A stretch of 60,472 nt of DNA, the filler included, from Sphacelaria rigidula (Eukaryota): the NCBI GenBank assembly GCA_964200075.2. It is 10 parts of 10 records of this genome, joined end to end, with 100 filler letters (N's around TTAATTAATTAA, not from the genome) between each part and the next. Parts side by side here need not be neighbours in the genome. Positions count along the whole stretch, not along the records: positions 24,231 to 30,187 come from CAXNAA020023222.1; positions 30,288 to 36,244 come from CAXNAA020023223.1; positions 36,345 to 42,301 come from CAXNAA020023224.1; 7 more parts are not named here. One strand, given 5' to 3'. How positions within the stretch are numbered: position 1 is the stretch's first letter; each line of letters begins with the position of its first letter. Under the pieces are notes generated by a model, which saw nothing but the letters and a program-made list of their open reading frames with translations, was not told where the DNA came from and ran no database searches. A program made the position numbers and the translations under genes. This document shows, piece after piece, positions 24,231 through 37,551 of the stretch.

Positions 24231-27200
24231 GCTTATTCACTAATTGACCGGTTTTCACTCTCAATCGTACCTTCAACTCTCAATTTCACGAAAACGTTGT
24301 TTAGAGAGGAGTCTGGACAGCTTCGGACATATTGCTTCACGGACGCGTGAGAAAGGTTTTCAAGCTGAGGTAGCTGCAAAGGCAGCTGGCCCGTGATAAA
24401 TCCAGACTGGAGACTTGCTGGAGCTGCGTGCAGCAGGAGTTTATAGGACCCCACGGCTGTATGGTGCGGCGACGAAGGCAGTTGTGAACTGTGGAGTTCC
24501 AGAAGGTTCAGAAGCCTTCGATTAGGTCCGCTCGGAAATATCGACTACAGAAGTACCGAGCGAAGAGCCAGCGGAGATAATCGTAACCCCAGTTGTTCTG
24601 AGAGAAGAGTTGCGGCCTCCCAGTTACGGGAATTTGTATTCTGAGTGTTCTTCTCGTTCGTTTTATACGAAATGTGTGGAATACAAGAAGCGGGTGGAGC
24701 ATGCGAATGCGGGGGGTGCGGTAAGGCATCAGGTGGTAGATATGGCGCAACTCGTGCATACCCCCCTCCAACGCGTTTTTGCGAGAAGGTTCCACGAGAA
24801 GAACAAAATAACGCCGCTGCAATTGGCTACAGCGATCAAGAAGCTTGCAGGGCATGCGGCAGGCGCTGAGGTAGAGCTAACTCGGGCGTCCGCGGCCGTG
24901 GCGAAGGCTGTCGCCATGAACCACAAGGGGAAGATCATGCGTGAGAGAGTGGAGCCAATTATGGGAAAGTTGGAGACATATTTTTCGGAAAATCTCAACG
25001 TCAAGATGGTTTCTCATTCCTCCGATGGGAAATTCCGTCCAGGGCCCGCTGCGATGATCACAAAAGCGATGGTGGAGGGTCTGGCACCGGGGGAATTCAG
25101 ACAGGCCGTGCTTGTGCAATTACAGCACGAAACCAATCGGAAGTCAGACCCGTACTTAGTTATTGATACCGTGGTGGCTGAGGCTCAGGCATGGCGGAAG
25201 ATTGAAGTATTCGGGAAATCATCCACTTCGTCGCCGCAGTCTTCGGGCTCCCGTAACCGCTGATCAAAATCCGCAGGGAGTGTCGCCGCCAACATCACTT
25301 ACTTTCAGTGTGACCAGGCAGGCCACTACGCACGCAAGTGCCCAACGCCTTCCGAGGGGGAGTCTGGGCAGACAAGTGCCGCGCGCCCTCGCAATCACAA
25401 AGGAGGAAAAGGTAATCGGGGTGATGGCAGATCCTCCGGCGGTGGAGGTGTGCAGTCGAGCTCCCAGCAGCAGCAGCAGCAGCAGCAGGGGTAGCGGCGT
25501 CAGCAGGGGTCCGGTTCTGGATCCGGCTCAGCCCCAGGGGCTGCTGCTCCGCAACGGGCAGTGCAGGTGGAATCGACCACTCCAGTGTTGGGCTCGGTGC
25601 CGGCGCCGCCGGCAGCAGAGCAAGGCGAGGCGCCTGCTGCTGAGCCGGCCAGATTTCAGCTGAAATTTGGATCAGCTGCTGCGTCGGCCGGAGTACCGCT
25701 GCAGTTTGGTTCTGCGGGCGGGGCTTCGTACCCGCCGGCGGTGACGGTTATTCCAGCGGGGGCATCTGTGCCTGCGCCGCACACGCAGCCGTGGCGCCAA
25801 GTGGAGATCACGACAAATCAGTTGGCAGAGCAGGTGCCGGTCGAGTATCAAGAAAAATATATTCCTGAAGAGCCATATCTCCCAAATCAACGGGGAGCCA
25901 TATCGGTCAACGCTGTGTTGGATTCAGGCGCCCATTTCACGAGCGTGTCGGTGCTGATTGTAGAGATGCTGGAACGTCTACACTCCCTGGTGAGAAAATC
26001 CGCATTCCGTTCTCGCTCGGGGCGCGGCAGGCCATCACCGCATCGGGGCAACGTGTAAATGTCACGAAGCATACGATTCCCCTACAGTTGGCATTCAAGA
26101 CTACCTGGGGGCCAACGAAATTACCCCCGATATCGTTTGCGATCATGCCGGGGACGGATGGTGTCGTTCTGTTGGGCTTACCGACGCTTCGGGAACTCGG
26201 AGTCGATCCGTATGATCGGCTGTTAGAGCCCTAAAAACGCAAATGCCGTCGCTCGGTTCGAGTGTCGAGACGCCTGCTTTTTTGGCCAGTCGCAGAGTGA
26301 GCTTGTCGGTTGATGCTCTCCAAGAGGCGGGGGGGCAGGTGTCCGAGGAGCGTGATGAGGCGGTGGAACGCTTGGTGGAGCGTGGCCACGACATGTTCAT
26401 GCAGCCGACAGAAGAGAAGTTCGCGCGAATGGCTGCGCTGGACGAAAGCGTGACGGATGCTGTGGTAAATGGCCTCAACGTCTCAAAAGCGGAGCGCTTG
26501 CGTGGTATATTGTATCGCCACGTTAACGCGTTTCGTCGTGCGCTGAGGGGTGATCCCCCGGTGCGCGTGGAACCCATGAGGGTTACACTGAAGCCAGGGG
26601 CGGCCGCGGTGAAAGCAAAACCGAGGAGGTATGATCCGGTAAAGTCCAGTTGGTTAGCTTCTTGCATGGGAGCTTTTGTGGCGTTTGGGTTGATGTTCAG
26701 GAACCTACAGGCGGTGTGGTCCAGTCCAGCGATGGCGGTGCCGAAGAAGAACTCTACCGTCTTGTCAGCGATTACGGAGCCGTCAATGATCAGGTTGAGA
26801 AGTCACCGGGTGTCATGCCCAATCAGGAATCCGACATGATAGATGTGTTGAGTGCGCGATGCTTCGGTAAGTTGGACCTCCTACAGGGGTACTGGCAGAT
26901 GCCGTTGGCCAAAGAGGCGCAAGGGATATTCACCATCACGACTCCGTTTGGCATGTTTTACCCGCAAGGCGTGTTGAATGATACTTCCTATTTTGAAGGT
27001 GTCATGGTAGACCCTTTAGATGGCTTGAAATGCAAGATCTGGGTGGATGATGTCTTTTTCTTCGCGGATACGGAAGACGAACTGTTGGATACACTTGATG
27101 CAATCTTGGCTCGCTTAGAGCGTGTTGGTCTGTTCGCAGCTGCCCACAAGTGTAACTTTTTTGCTGGTGAATTAGTGTGGTGTGGGAAAGTATATTCACA

Positions 27201-29838
27201 CGGCCGCGGCTCGCATGACCCGGTCCGCTTGCAAGGTTTGTCTGACATGCGGCGAACACAAACAGCAGCAGAACTAATGCAATTCTTTCACGCAATGAAC
27301 TGGTTGCGTACCTCGTCGCCACGTATGGCCGAAGTAGTGGCGCCCTTGCGCGTTTTCCTAGAAGAACTCATGGTGGAGGTTGCAAGGCGCACGATGCGGG
27401 TGGCCAAAAACCGGGTTATTCCGCCCGCATCGTGAACGGAGGACAGGCTGCAGGCATGGGCGGAAGCGAAAGATCTCGTGACTCATGCCGTGACGCTGCT
27501 CATCCCCGCCCCGGTTGCCAGGTGCTGATGTTTCCGGATGCATCCGAGTGTCATTAGGGTAGTTTTGTAACGCAGGTGCCTGATGCAGAAATGCAACAAC
27601 GGTTGCCGGTTGAAGCATGACGATGAACCGCTGACTTTTCTTAGTGGTGATTTCAAGGGTTCAGAGATGCGTTGAGCAACTATTGACAAGGAAGATTGTG
27701 CTATCGTGAGCACTTTTCGTCGTCTCGAGCATCTCTTGTGGAATGGCGTGCACATTTTCACGGATCACCGAGATGTAGCGTACATTTTCAACCCGGAGGC
27801 ATGCGTGACGCCTGTGTCGAAGGCGTTGGCACAGCGATTGTCATATTTCGGGTGAAAGTAACGCGTGGGGTGGCTTGCTGTCGCGCTGGGTAAATATTCC
27901 AACTATGCCCGCGCGAGCTGTGACTGTATCTGGTCCGTGTGAAGCGGATAACTCGATGCCGTCGAAATCTGTGGTCCGCCAAGCTCAAGAACTTGGGGCC
28001 ACTGATGCGGATGTGCAATCGAGTCGGACGTTGGTACTGCGATTGTGGACAATGAAGGTTTGTTTCGTGTGCATGTACGTGGCCGAAACGTGTTGTGGAT
28101 TCCCAGCTCCGACAAACAATTGCACATACGTTTGGTTATTTGTGCGCACATGCGCAATGCCGGGCATCGCGGTGTGGCTGTGACGCTCGTGCGCTTGCAA
28201 GCGTTTTGTGTTTGGCAGGGAATAAAGACTCAGCTGCGCGAGTTTGTACGACAGTGTCTTCACCGTGATGATTCTAGTGCCGGTGATGTTGTTCCCCGCC
28301 CGCTCGGCGAAACGGTCCATGGGACCACGCCGAATGAAGTCGTTCATTTTGACTTCTTGTACGTGGGCGAGAGTGGCCCGCTAGCTTCCCAAGATTTATC
28401 GGAGGATGCTGGGTTTCGATACATTTTGGTAATCATCGATAATTTGAGCAACTTTGTGGCTCTGGAACCAGTAGCAGTGTGTACTGCCGAATCGACCGCT
28501 GCATCTTTGCTGAATTGATGCAAACCTTTGGGGGTGCCGTGTGTGTGGGTGAGTGATACCCCCACGCATTTCAAGAATGCGATCTTGGTCCGATCGCGAG
28601 AGGCATTGCACGTTGACCACCGGTATGGGGTGGCATATTTTCCGTGGTCTAACGGCACGTGCGAACGCATGGTCGAGGCAATAGTTCGTGCTCTTCGATC
28701 TATTCTTCTCGAGCAGCGTCGAGAGGTGACCGAGTAGGTGGACGTGTTGCCGGCTGTGCAATGGGCGTTAAATACAGCCTATCGCCGTCGGTACGATAGT
28801 ACGCCGTATCACGTGATATTTGGTCGTGCACCTCGGACGTCTTTCTCGGTGTTGGCGTCCTCATCGGCGGGGGAGTGGAACTGTGATGTCTTAGACGATG
28901 CGCAACTGAAGATAGTGTTGCAAGTAGTTTTGGAGTTGCAGGAAAGTTTCCGCGTTCAAGTGCAGGAGCGTGTTGCCGCTGAACGTGCGCGTAGACGTGA
29001 GGGGTCTTCGTCGGGGCTGGAATTGCCGAATTTCGAGGTAGGCGACTATGTTTTGTATGCACGCGAGCGACGCCCGGGAGTTACGCCGAAATTGATGGCG
29101 ACGTGGACTGGTCCGTGGAGAGTGGTTGGTGCTCGTCACCGGCATGTGTTTGGATCCGAAACATTGTTTCGGGTCGTGTTCAGACCGCCCACGTAACTCA
29201 TCTGCGTTTTTATGCAGACTCACAGCTTAATGTAAAGGCAGACGTGAAGGATGTGTTTCAGCACGCCTTCAACCAGAGGCAATGTCAGATGGCTGGGATT
29301 GTTCGCGTGGCAGAGGCAGAGGATTGTTCGTTGATCGACTTGGTCGACTGGGTTGGTTTTGAAGTCGAGGAGCGTACGTGGGAGCCTTTGAAAAATATTT
29401 TGGAGGCCGCTCCGGAATTTCCCAAAAAGGAGTTGCGTAAGGTGCGAGTGACTCCTTCCATTGCTGCTCGCATTACGCGTGAGTTTGGGATTCAGTTGTG
29501 ACTTGCTAAATCGTTTTGACGTTATTTTCTGAGTGTCAAGCTTGTTGCTCGATTCTCGTCCAACGCGCTTTGGGGGTGCTGTGACGGAATCACGCCGTCA
29601 CGTTGAGTATATAGTGATGATATGGATGAGGACTTGGGATCTGTAGTGATGATATGGATGATGACAGGGACACAGGGGTGATACCCCGATGTGGTTTATG
29701 GAGCGTGTGTGCCTGTGTGGTACTCCAGAATAATAAAAAGGTGTTGTGAATGCTAATAACTGAAACCTGAGGCCAGTGAAACGGGGTGTCCCTCAACAGC
29801 ATTAGACGCTGCAGTACTAGTAACCTGCTGGCATCACA
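24231..29838 (+). mobile_element. Near full-length decayed Ty3/gypsy chromodomain retrotransposon (gag-PR-RT-RH-INT-CHD, 3' LTR; 5' LTR outside contig)
   Basis: Gag 24610-25350 with degenerate knuckle YFQCDQAGHYARKC; protease DSGA at 25921; RT KLDLLQGYWQ and WVDD (27040-27051); RNase H PDASECH; integrase HMRNAGH..C, VVHFDFLY, WVSD, NGTCER, WTGPWRV; chromo-like LVDWVGFEVEERTWEP; multiple stops and frameshifts. Confidence 0.96.
29580..29838 (+). repeat. 3' LTR of contig-5 gypsy element
   Basis: TGTGAC...ATCACA termini after GGGGGTGC; position and internal motif match LTR 4970-5230. Confidence 0.8.
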
Positions 29839-32494
29839 GCACCATCAAACACGGAGGACTATACCCTTATACAAGACACGTTTGCGGGACAAGCCAATGC
29901 GCGCAACGTCCGCAACGACAAATTCGATCTACTATAATAAAATACTTTCGAACAGGAATCTGTCATTTTTATCTTATCTTTCCTGCGCCGATTTTTATCT
30001 TGGCCGGGCTACAACAGTAAACAGCCGATTTTAAATTTTGGGGTTCAACACTAAAATGGGGCTGAAGTCGCATTTCTCTATTGCAGGGAAGATACGAAAG
30101 AGTAACACAGGGCGAAAGTACCCCCCCCCCCAAACTCCGCAGGAGGACTTGACCGTCAGACCGCGAGAGTAGGTCACCTGCTGAATCNNNNNNNNNNNNN
30201 NNNNNNNNNNNNNNNNNNNNNNNNNNNNNNNTTAATTAATTAANNNNNNNNNNNNNNNNNNNNNNNNNNNNNNNNNNNNNNNNNNNNTGTTGCTTGCCTT
30301 AGTCATTTGACCATTGACCACGCATCCCTTTCGAGACGGAGCACCGCACTTTTGGGGGGGGGGGGGCTATCGTAAAAAGTGTCCCGCAATCCACCCAAGG
30401 TATGAAATGAATATTTGAGGTCGTACCCAATTTACCCAAACCTTGGGTAGAATAAATACCCGGGTATTCTACCCGAGTATCCAAACGTACATACCCTACC
30501 CGACCTGCCCTTGAACACCTGACGCATCGACAGTTGTCGTCGGACACAACTGCTAGCGCGGAGTTTCTCCTCTCGAGATCAAGTTCGTCTTCTGAGAAGC
30601 CACCTTATACTCCAATCAGCATCCGTGGGGTAGGGCCGTACACGTGTGACCTCGGGATGCCGACTCCCGACACCAACGGCTTGGATCCGATATGTACCGG
30701 CAAATTAGTAGGATACAGGATGATTACTGTCACTGACTCGTATGCGGTATAGGAACTCTAAATCCTCTACGCTGGCGCGTCACCTCTGATGATCACTCGA
30801 CTTTGGACAGCTGACTGCAAATCAAGTAACTTGTTGATGTTACGCGCAAGACTTGCCTCCCCACTCGGAGATCAAGTGACCCCTATCGTACAGGAATTAC
30901 TGTGGAACTAACTTTATACAGAACTCTGTATACCTCCCCTTCCCTCAAAAGCACCAAAGATGGGGGGGGAAATGCGGAGTATGGGTCCGAGGTGATTTGT
31001 TGCTGCTACCCCGCCTTATATATTTTTTCTTTGGCAAAGTATCGGGAATTTCCATACAGTCTGGATGATGATTCAAAGTATGTACAGAGCCACTCGCGCA
31101 GGTGGTCACCCGAAGACCGGGACTACAGCACTCCAGTTTAATTATGTGCGCCGCGTCAACTGCCAGGATACAGTCGTAAACTGTTTCCACAACCGTGTTT
31201 CTCGTACAACACGACCTCCTCCCCTGAGGCCCTGGCGGCGGCCTGACGGGGTGATTTTCGAGGCCGGTGCTATACTACTGCAGTTGTCACCCTGATGTCT
31301 TGGTCAATTCATGGTCTCTGCTCTGTCCTTTTCTCTTCTCTTATTGTCTTGTTTGGTCGGAGCTCATTCGGCGGTTGTTCAGCATGCGTTCGTCTCTTGC
31401 ACAAGATCGTTTGAATTCTGTGCGTGGTGTATACACGGTATTCGTATGGCGTTATACGTACAGTATACCCTCCGGCTGCCCAAAACCACAAGATACACCT
31501 GTATTTTGCTGTCCATTGCTTGATCTCTCTCTCACGTGCCATCGCGCTCGCTTCATTCTGAGGGCGGCTTTTTTGTAGTAGACGCACAATGTTCATAAGG
31601 AAGGCAGCATCACATGGTTCATCTCCTATCCGTGAGTTTCGTTGGTGCACACCCAGTGTAGCCGCAAGGCATGCGGGCAACATCCCCAGGTCCAACGCAC
31701 GCGCTAGTGGCGTACATGGACTCCAACAAGGTACCTTCGCTGTTGGAGCTGAACAGCGTGACGGGATACGGTACCTTACACTATCTGACTTGTGACTTTC
31801 ACCGTGGGTGCCCGTGTTCATTCATGATGGTCACAGAGGTTTGATTAATGCCCTTCTGCGATATCCCTAGGTTTTTCCGGGACAAAAGGGTAACTGCATG
31901 GTGGTGCTCACCGTGTTTCCGTGTATCTGTTATACGTTACATGTAAACAACTTTCCTGCTCCGTTTTTTTCAACAATTACTTGGATGTGTGTACGCTCTA
32001 TCGTGAACATGAAAATATTGTCGTACACGGAGATGGTGCTGCCCTTTCGAAGTATAGACGAAAGTGAGATAGATGCACGTTGTTCATCACCGTTGTACGC
32101 AGGTGATGTCATGGTTTCCTTGTCGATTTTGTCGTCGGGGTTCGTTTTCGGAACAGGAATATGATTGAATGCCAGTGTTCTTGTCGTAAACCGGTGCTTG
32201 TACACACGGAGTGTTACATGTTGTTGTCGTTATCATGTGGAGAAAGTTCAGGGACTAGACCTTTTCGAATGTTTTCACGCCGTACGCGATAGGCGTCGCT
32301 GTGTGAACAGCCGTCATGTGGGCCGATAATGGTTGTAAATTTGCGCCGATACTCAAGACAACATGAAAGTGCGTATGCGAAATGTGTAAGAAGCACCAAA
32401 AAAACATCTAGATTTTTCAAGAAGATGATGCCTACCAATCAGTACGCGTGACGGATCTGCTTTTTTTTGTTTCTTGTCGCTCTGTTACACGCAG

Positions 32495-32626
32495 ATGATG
32501 ATGTCGTTGGATCCTTCCTCCCCGGAGGACGCGCCGTCGCTTCGCACGGAAGAGCAAACCCAAACCAGCGTGGGGCTAAGCGCGTTCAACGTCGATCGCC
32601 TCAAGAAGATGAAAGAAGACATGCAG
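32495..32626 (+). CDS. MAP65/PRC1/Ase1 microtubule-associated protein, internal exon
   Basis: gcag|MMMSLDP...GLSAFNVDRLKKMKEDMQ|gtcagt, 132 nt, phase 0. Confidence 0.75.
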
Positions 32627-32713
32627 GTCAGTCGGTCGCTTTGTTGTTTTGGTCTTTGCTTTTATCACGTCAAACAGTAACAGCTGTGGACGGGTCTGAA
32701 TCTGTCACACGGT

Positions 32714-32963
32714 GAACGAGTCTGACTCTGAATTCTCGGACGCGTGTGACTCGGGCTCGTTGGTGCCATTCTGGGGGCTGATTTTCCACGATGAGTCGTA
32801 TGAGTCTAGTCGAAGGAGTCATCTTTTCCCGCGATGAATCCCGGATGACTGGAGTCGGACTCTTCCTTATTTTTCGCAATGACTGGTATGACCCAAGTCA
32901 GGCTCGTCCTCATTGTACGCATTGACTGGTATGACTCCAGTCACTACAAGTGATGACTCGTTC
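32714..32963. mobile_element. Intronic MITE-like element with GAGTC/GACTC motif repeats
   Basis: GAACGAGTC...GACTCGTTC inverted ends. Confidence 0.5.
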
Positions 32964-33128
32964 GATGTTTTGAAATATTTGGTTTATCTTTGAGCACAAT
33001 CAGTTTGGATATATGCACAGTTGTCATTAGATCGATAAGCTTGATTGCTCACGCGGTGGTTGTTGCTCCTCCGCTGCGTAACTTGCTTGTGACGTGACCC
33101 TGGGTTCATTTGGTGCCACGGCATACAG

Positions 33129-33224
33129 GAGGACATTGAACTGCACACAAAGGGCAAAGAGGAGCACAGGCAGCAGATAGCGACCTTGTGGGATAAGCTG
33201 CAAGTGCCAGAGGAGGAGCGCAAG
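33129..33224 (+). CDS. MAP65/PRC1/Ase1 exon
   Basis: cag|EDIELHTKGKEEHRQQIATLWDKLQVPEEERK|gtgcgt; LWxxLxxPxEER is a MAP65_ASE1 hallmark. Confidence 0.8.
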
Positions 33225-33843
33225 GTGCGTAATTTTCTTATCCATATATTTTCATGTTGGAGAAATTGAATTTTTCAAGGGTGCGTCGTGCAGGGTATAC
33301 CCGATATTTTGGTATTTCGAAGACTCGTATATATGATCTGCTCAACCCTTGGACCGTTATGCGGGTAGTCCATCTGGATCGCACATACTTTTTTCAAGAG
33401 AATGTTTATGCCGATTAGCAGGTGACCTACCCTCGCGGCTAAAGGGTCAAGTTAGTCGTAATGACTTGTATGTACTTTAGGGGTGGAACCAACAGCAACG
33501 AGCTGGATGCTTCTATGGGCATGGGTCGGGTCCCCCCTTTTCAAAATACGAAAGTGTCGGGTATACCCGACCCGACACCCACCCCCTTGGATCGTTTTAA
33601 CTATTTTCGTTCTTTTTTCTTCAATTTGCGGAAATTCTCGGGAGCTTCTTTACCCGAAATTCGTTTGATCGACATCCGCCCGTCCGGACGAGTGCGGCTT
33701 CGGAGCGACTCCAAGCGACGCACTCCGCCAACGGGGAAAATGTTGGGTTGTGTCGAAAATTATTTCAAAAAGCATAAACAGAGCCGGTAAAATAATGTCG
33801 GGTGGATGGTGTGCGTGTGTTTTTGTGTGCAATCGTTGCCCAG

Positions 33844-33987
33844 GCGCACTTGGCCTGCACGAAGGGCATCACACACTCAGATATGGACAATCTTGAGGCA
33901 GAGTTGTCTCGCCTGAGGAAGCTGAAAGGGGAAAAACTGAAGGACATGATTGCCGAGGCGCGGGACAAGATATACCGCTTGCTCCAG
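33844..33987 (+). CDS. MAP65/PRC1/Ase1 exon
   Basis: cag|AHLACTKGITHSDMDNLEAELSRLRKLKGEKLKDMIAEARDKIYRLLQ|gtgaga; ExxRLxxLK motif. Confidence 0.8.
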
Positions 33988-34498
33988 GTGAGAACACATT
34001 CTTCTACGGGTCTGAGGAACACGCCTCGGGCTAGTAGTTTTGCGTGAAGGCTGCAAAAACTTGACCATTACATCGTTTCTAAAAAGAAGCACCTCGAAAT
34101 GCACACTTGTGCATCGCCAGTGCCAAGAGGATTTAACTTATTCTGACCTCAGGCTTTTCTCTGCAACATACATCCAACTGTGTTTCTCGCGAGTAACAAC
34201 TTGTTGGCTGTTGATCTTTCGGTATCTTGATATTTCGTTCACCCTCGGTAACAGATAACATTGGCAACAATGTTAATGCGTACGGTAATGAATAGTGTGT
34301 GGCACAGTGTTCGATACTGTACGCAGTACACTTTTGGCCGGTGTACTGTATTGTTCAGGTTGTGGTTTTTTGTACCAAATCTGTGCGTGTGTATGTTATC
34401 TTACTGACGGTCGCCGTTGCTGCTGCCGTTGCTGCTGCCGTTGCTGCTGCCGCTGCTGTGCGTGTTTTTCTACTTTTCTTTTCCATCTTTGCGAGAAG

Positions 34499-34681
34499 GC
34501 TGTTGGTGCAAAGGCGGAGGAGGTGTTCAAGGCGTCGGCTCGTGATCTGTACGTTTCCAAGGAGGATTGGACGGAAGACCTGTTGGAGTCGCACGAGGAT
34601 TTCGTGGCGCTCTTGACGAATATGGAAGAGCGAGCGAAGACGATCATCAAGAAGGTCAACGCGAGAGAGCGCCTGGTGGTG
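34499..34681 (+). CDS. MAP65/PRC1/Ase1 exon
   Basis: aag|AVGAK...WTEDLLESHEDFVALL...IIKKVNARERLVV|gtgagt; ELLxxHE motif; acceptor could be 3 nt upstream. Confidence 0.78.
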
Positions 34682-35250
34682 GTGAGTCTTTGAGGGTTTG
34701 TCTTGATATGTTATGCTCGGTTCAGTTCGGGTGTCTGTATCCCTTCCGACCATTACCAAAAATAGGAAGCGTGAAGGCCAAAACGCCTTGGTGGTTTAAT
34801 GGTGCAATTGACGCCATTAAGGCGGGGGGAATGAAACTCTGGCTCGATTCCCGCAAGATGCGTCTATTCTGATATATATATATATTTCTCTCAGAATTAT
34901 CTGATTTCCGCACTCGGAAGCGTGAGGACGTACGTGAGGATATGCGTGAGAAGCACAAGGAGTCTGGTTGGCTGAGTTTGTTGGTCGCCAAGACGCGGTG
35001 CGTTGCGGGTATGCCGATTGTCATGATCCAATCCGCAAGACCAAAATGGGAAGTGTGCACAGGGAGAGGTTTATCCCTTGAGACCACGAGCTCGTTCCTA
35101 GAATGGGCAGAGGCTGGAGGTGTGGCGGCAGAAAATGAAGTTCGAAAGCTTCATGTCTAATGTACGCACTTCCTGCCGAACACGTGTGGGTGGGTGTTGA
35201 CGTACGTTTTCGCGTGTTCTTCTTGTCTTCCCCTGTTTGACTTGAGATAG

Positions 35251-35319
35251 GTGCGGGAAGAATTCGGCTCATTCAAAGTGGACTATCGCGCCAGAGGTGG
35301 TACCGGAGTGCAGAGCCAG
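35251..35319 (+). CDS. Probable next MAP65 exon
   Basis: tag|VREEFGSFKVDYRARGGTGVQSQ|gtgtgt, phase 0-0; weak family similarity. Confidence 0.5.
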
Positions 35320-36456
35320 GTGTGTACAACCATTTTGAGTCCTTTGGTTTGACGTACAGTACGGTGCTGCAACATCTCTTCGGGGCTCAGAGACGCGGGG
35401 TTTTTGAGCCAGCGCTCATTTCTTCAGATTCGAAAAATTCTGTTCTGTTGTTTTCTGCCGCATGTTGTGATTCGGATCTGTCGCGCTTTTCTTGTTGGTG
35501 GCTGTGGTGTAGAAGTAAATTACCAGCGTAAGCTGGAACGGTTGTCCACGGGTGGTAGACGGCGATGGAAGGAGCAATGTTATATGAACTCTTTTCCCGC
35601 GGGACGTATAGTACGACGGATAGTTTGGACATGAATCAAATGTCACCTTTTTTTTAGGGTGCATTAAGTGTTGTCTATAACAGTGCACGTCATCAAGTGT
35701 ACTGCCATGGGTGTGCGATGAATACAATGTATCAATGGTTTGTGTTTTTGTCGCACCCGACACGTGGGGAAAACCGGGGTCCGCCTCTCCCCCCCCTCCC
35801 CCCACATGAGTATGTAGTAGGTGCATCATCCAAAAATATTAAAATACACACGATGGAAAAAATTTGGGATGCACGCGCGGGGTGGTGGTGCAGCCGCTAC
35901 ACTGATAGCTATTTACGGCGGAAAGTTGGGGGGTTCGAATCCGGACGGATAATATTTTTCCTCATGGAGAACGTATTGTTTCCGTTGTCGTTTGAAGCGT
36001 CAGAAGGCGAGTATCAAGGAACCATTGGCAGAAATCAACGGGGGTGCTGTTGGGCTGATCCCCTCCGTGATACTCGTAACAAGACGTCAGGCACGTACCG
36101 AGGGAGAGATTAGATTGGTCTTCCCTGACCCTACAGACCTGTGCTGGGAAAGGGAAGGGGAAAGGGGGGGGGGGAGGGAACTGGTTTTCATTGACCACAC
36201 TGTATTTTCGTGGGGATCCGAATGTAAAATTACAAAATCTTGCANNNNNNNNNNNNNNNNNNNNNNNNNNNNNNNNNNNNNNNNNNNNTTAATTAATTAA
36301 NNNNNNNNNNNNNNNNNNNNNNNNNNNNNNNNNNNNNNNNNNNNCCGGCTTTGTAGGGATGCGAGGTCAATGGTCTGATGACTATGGCAAGCATGATCAT
36401 GAGTACACCCCCCCCGCGTGTCCATAAAGACGACGCTTTGCCCGACCGCGTCGCAC

Positions 36457-36568
36457 CTGGTTGTATTGTGATATTTCACCCCAACGGAACCTGGCATAGT
36501 TTCCGTCCGCGTAATTCTCAAACTTGGACGTGAATGTGTCGTCGAAGGGAGGAAAAGGATCTGCCAAC
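36457..36568 (-). CDS. PC-esterase/TBL-like gene, probable downstream exon (phase conflict with previous exon)
   Basis: cag|g LADPFPPFDDTFTSKFENYADGNYARFRWGEISQYNQ|gtgcga; W...YN pattern expected after the PGH motif. Confidence 0.5.
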
Positions 36569-37162
36569 CTGGAGAGACCGACAAGATCTCCATCCAGCAA
36601 CCATGCCTCCTCCTACGTTGACCGAAAGCGCACCGAGCGCAAGGGAAGGTGAGTGTTTTCGGGACATATTAAAAGGTGCGAAGGACGGCGTCGAGAACTT
36701 CCCCCGATTCCGTTGCGAAGCCAAATAGACTCATCACAGCCATTCTCGAAACATCCATCGATGCATGTTACCACTTCGAGGATCTTGGTTCGGTGTTATC
36801 TATTGTCTGTGTTTCTTCCTCTTGCCCTCGTTGGTATTCCTACATGCATTACTCAAATAGCAGCAGCAGCTTTTGGGGTGTGAGCAACGTTTCACATCAT
36901 GACCATTGACTATGACAGCGTGGCCGCTTGGGACGTGTTCTTCATGCACGTTGAAGCAATGCCTCTGCGATGATGCCGTGGCAGGCGCTCATCTAGCACG
37001 AACCCTCGTTCGCTTAAAGCACAACGCCGCGCAAATTCACGACGATTGATCCCGAAGAACATGATAGGCGAACTTCGCGCACACTCACTCAGGTCCTACT
37101 GCACCGTAACCACCCCAAGCTTGTCGAAATTATTCTATTCAACATGCATATACGCGGACGAG

Positions 37163-37551
37163 TCTAATGCGTGAGAAGGCCGCGTGCTTAGAGGATCGCG
37201 CCGTAGTCCAAAACACCCCAGGATCGGCGTTTTTTAAACCAATCGGGCCAGTCCCTGCAGGGACCACGCCTCTGACCCTGACCCCAACACTAACCCTAAC
37301 CCTAACCTTGACCATAGGGATGTTCAAATTCAGATGCGGTTGTAATGCGTGCGAGGACCGCGTGCTTAGAGGACCGCATCGGGATTTGAACACCCCCATG
37401 GTTAGGGCTAAGGTTATGGTTAGTGTTGGGGTTGTTGTCAGGGGCGGGGTACCTGCAGGGACTGGCCCGATTGGTTTTGGAAAATATTGATCCTGAGGTA
37501 TTTTGAACTACGGCGCGGTCCTCTAAGCACGCGGTCCTCTCACGCATTACA
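37163..37551. mobile_element. Composite inverted dimer of MITE family T with telomeric CCCTAA/TTAGGG repeats
   Basis: Truncated plus monomer 37163-37340 + complete minus monomer 37341-37551; whole unit flanked by CGAG direct repeat. Confidence 0.82.

Noticed and set aside
25261..25263. Programmed stop-codon readthrough between Gag and its knuckle
   Set aside because: Element carries many other inactivating mutations; a simple CGA>TGA change is more parsimonious
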